Assembly (NCBI RefSeq): GCF_963921235.1
Contig: NC_086097.1
Coordinates: 233,184,001 to 233,248,000, forward strand
Reading direction: 5' to 3'
DNA: 64,000 nucleotides
DNA from: Mobula hypostoma
Taxonomy: Eukaryota
Shown: positions 61,851 through 64,000 of the stretch, piece after piece
Position numbering within the stretch: the stretch's first letter is position 1
Layout of the letters: every line of letters starts with the position of its first letter
Position numbers and translations under genes: made by a program
Notes under the pieces: model-generated
Seen by the model: only the letters and a program-made list of their open reading frames with translations
Database searches by the model: none
Told to the model about the DNA's origin: nothing

Positions 61851-62555
61851 AAATTTTAGAACAACTGATCTTGCTTAGCACAACCAGAGATCTGAATGCA
61901 AGGTTACACCTGGTATCCACAAGTCACTGGTCTTATCCTGGTGAGGCCTGCCACTGGCCTCAAAAAACAAAACATGCAACTCAAATGCAGGCAGCCAAAT
62001 GTCAAAGGTTTCTGTTATATTTTCTACTTCTAATTTGGAAACAAGAACTGATGAGTAACCAGAACGTGACAGAAAACAGAGATAATAAATACAGTGTGAA
62101 AATATTTAACAATGCATGGCATGGATGAAATGTAACACTTATTAACTGAAGGAATAATATTTGCCCTTGTATTCATGAATTTATATGTTTTTTCTTAAGG
62201 CGAAAAATTTTCCATCAAATCACCCACCATGGTGTCAAAATCCTTCTTCTGTAAACATGAAAATAGAACTTCAACTGGATCAGCTGTTAAATTGAAGCAC
62301 TACCTGACCTGCAGAAACAATGTTTTTTTTTATGGTACATGTAACCAATAAATATTTGTAAATTGTTTTGTGCTCAGACTGCTGATTTGGTTATTTTCAC
62401 ACAGAGACTGGAGGGAGAAATTATAATCTGAATTTTGTGTCTTTCACTGCTTATCCTGCTGCGAAGGGAAATATATCTTATTATAATAATTTTCCAAATT
62501 AAATTTACAAAGAATTTCACTTTTGTCAATCAAAAAGTTTAACGTAAGAAATATA

Positions 62556-63020
62556 CGAGGGGTGATTGATAAGTTAGTGGCCTAAGGTAGACAGTCAATT
62601 TTAGAAAACTGAACACATTTATTTTTCAACATAGTTCCCTCCTACATTTACACACTTAGTCCAGCAGTTGTGGAGCATACGGATCTTGGACCTCCAGAAA
62701 GTGTCCCCAGCAGGGGTGATTGATAAGTTCGAGGCCTAAGGTAGAAGGAGATGAGCTACACGGCTCTCGTAACATGCACATGCAGTTAAACCCTTTGAGT
62801 GATTATGCAGAAAGTTTGGAGTTAATAACTCATCAGCGGTCACGAACTTATCAGTCAACCCTGCTGTGGACACTTTCTGGAGGTCCAAAATCCGTATGCT
62901 CCACGACCGCTGGACTAAGTGTGTAAATGTAGGAAGGGACTATGTTGAAAAATAAATGTGCTAGGTTTTCTAAAACTGACTCCTTCTACCTTAGGCCAGT
63001 AACTTATCAATCACCCCTCG
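62556..63020. mobile_element. mariner-derived MITE (465 bp) with long inverted arms and TA TSD
   Basis: TA|cgaggggtgattgataagtt ... aacttatcaatcacccctcg|TA; arms ~180 bp; 62869-62955 encodes DTFWRSKIRMLHDRWTKCVNVGRDYVEK*. Confidence 0.9.
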
Positions 63021-63029
63021 TATAGGTGG

Positions 63030-63790
63030 GCACTGACACTTATTGTCAGGATGTACCTAATAAAGTGGCCACTGAGCATATATTCATGATTATCTGCTGC
63101 AATAGCCTATGTGTTTTTGTCATATGCTTTTCAGATCAGCGTGGGGAGCCAGAGAGCAGCAGGTCTTGGTGTTCTGATGCACCTGAACACCATTGACTTG
63201 TTTTAATTAGAACTCATTAAGTGACTGGTTCAGTTGTTAAGTTTTCCTTGTGTTTTTCATGCTTCTTGCTTTTTCTGAATGCAGGTTCCTTGTGCATCCT
63301 GTTTTTGGTTTATTGAGGTTTGGTTATAATATCACAGAAATGCTGCTCACTGGATTTTTTTCATAGTTTTTCACACCAGTCTCTGTAAATCCTGGCGACT
63401 GTTGTGTGTGGAAATCTCAGCAGATCAGCTGTTTCTAGGATACTCACACCACCCCATCTGGCACCAACAATCATTCACTTAGGTCACATTTCTTCTTCAT
63501 TCTGAAGCTTTGTCTGAATGACAACTAAACCTCCTGGCAACACACACAGTGCTGGAGGAACGCAGCAGGCCAGGCAGCATTCATGGAAAAGAGTAAACAG
63601 TTGATGTTTTGGGATGAGACCCTTTATCAAGACTGGAAAAAAATATGAGCAGTTAGAGCAAGAAGGTAGGGGAAACTGAACCTCTTAACCATGCCTGTAT
63701 GTTTTTATTCATTGAGTTGCTGCCAAATGATTGGCTGATCTGCTGATTGTATTAGTGAGCAGGTGTATCTAATAAGGTGGCCACTGAATG
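63030..63790 (-). mobile_element. Non-autonomous Tc1 derivative (family of 21205-21740) with a nested Penelope-derived repeat at ~63538-63675
   Basis: taataa.gtggccactga motifs; gcaccaacaatcattc transposase remnant; insert with a degenerate hammerhead core at 63598-63635. Confidence 0.65.
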
Positions 63791-64000
63791 CAATTTTATT
63801 GTGCATAACTTGTATTAACAAAGAACTTGCCCTATATCAATGACAATACATTACTGACAAATGTTTTTTAAACTATAATTTCTTTGTTAAAAGTGTGACG
63901 ACAGTATAGTGAGGGGATAATGTCAATATGAATTTAATCATTGGCCGGAACTCCTATACTCACTTGGTCGGGCACAAGGAGTGCTGGTTTCATGTCTTGT

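Overview
Eukaryotic, roughly 42% GC (by eye), repeat-saturated intergenic or intronic DNA. I recognise no host protein-coding exon, and no rRNA, tRNA or CRISPR array. The repeat mix suggests a cartilaginous fish, probably a ray (inference): dominant CR1 LINEs, plus Rex1/Babar LINEs, RTE LINEs and derivatives, Penelope-derived short elements, SINEs, solo LTRs and Tc1/mariner elements. Nearly all long ORFs are LINE reverse-transcriptase fragments or their antisense shadows. The main points are: (1) a Tc1 transposon very close to Sleeping Beauty, built from two right ends; (2) a perfect 85-bp inverted duplication flanking 1.6 kb, with a second 10-bp case where the inversion is demonstrable; (3) dispersed minimal hammerhead-ribozyme motifs in Penelope-derived repeats; (4) a mariner MITE made of two transposase 3' ends; (5) multi-layer nested insertions with readable target-site duplications (TSDs), including a young CR1 family with an uninterrupted RT frame. 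Boundaries of old repeats are approximate. Family names come from recalled motifs, not database searches.
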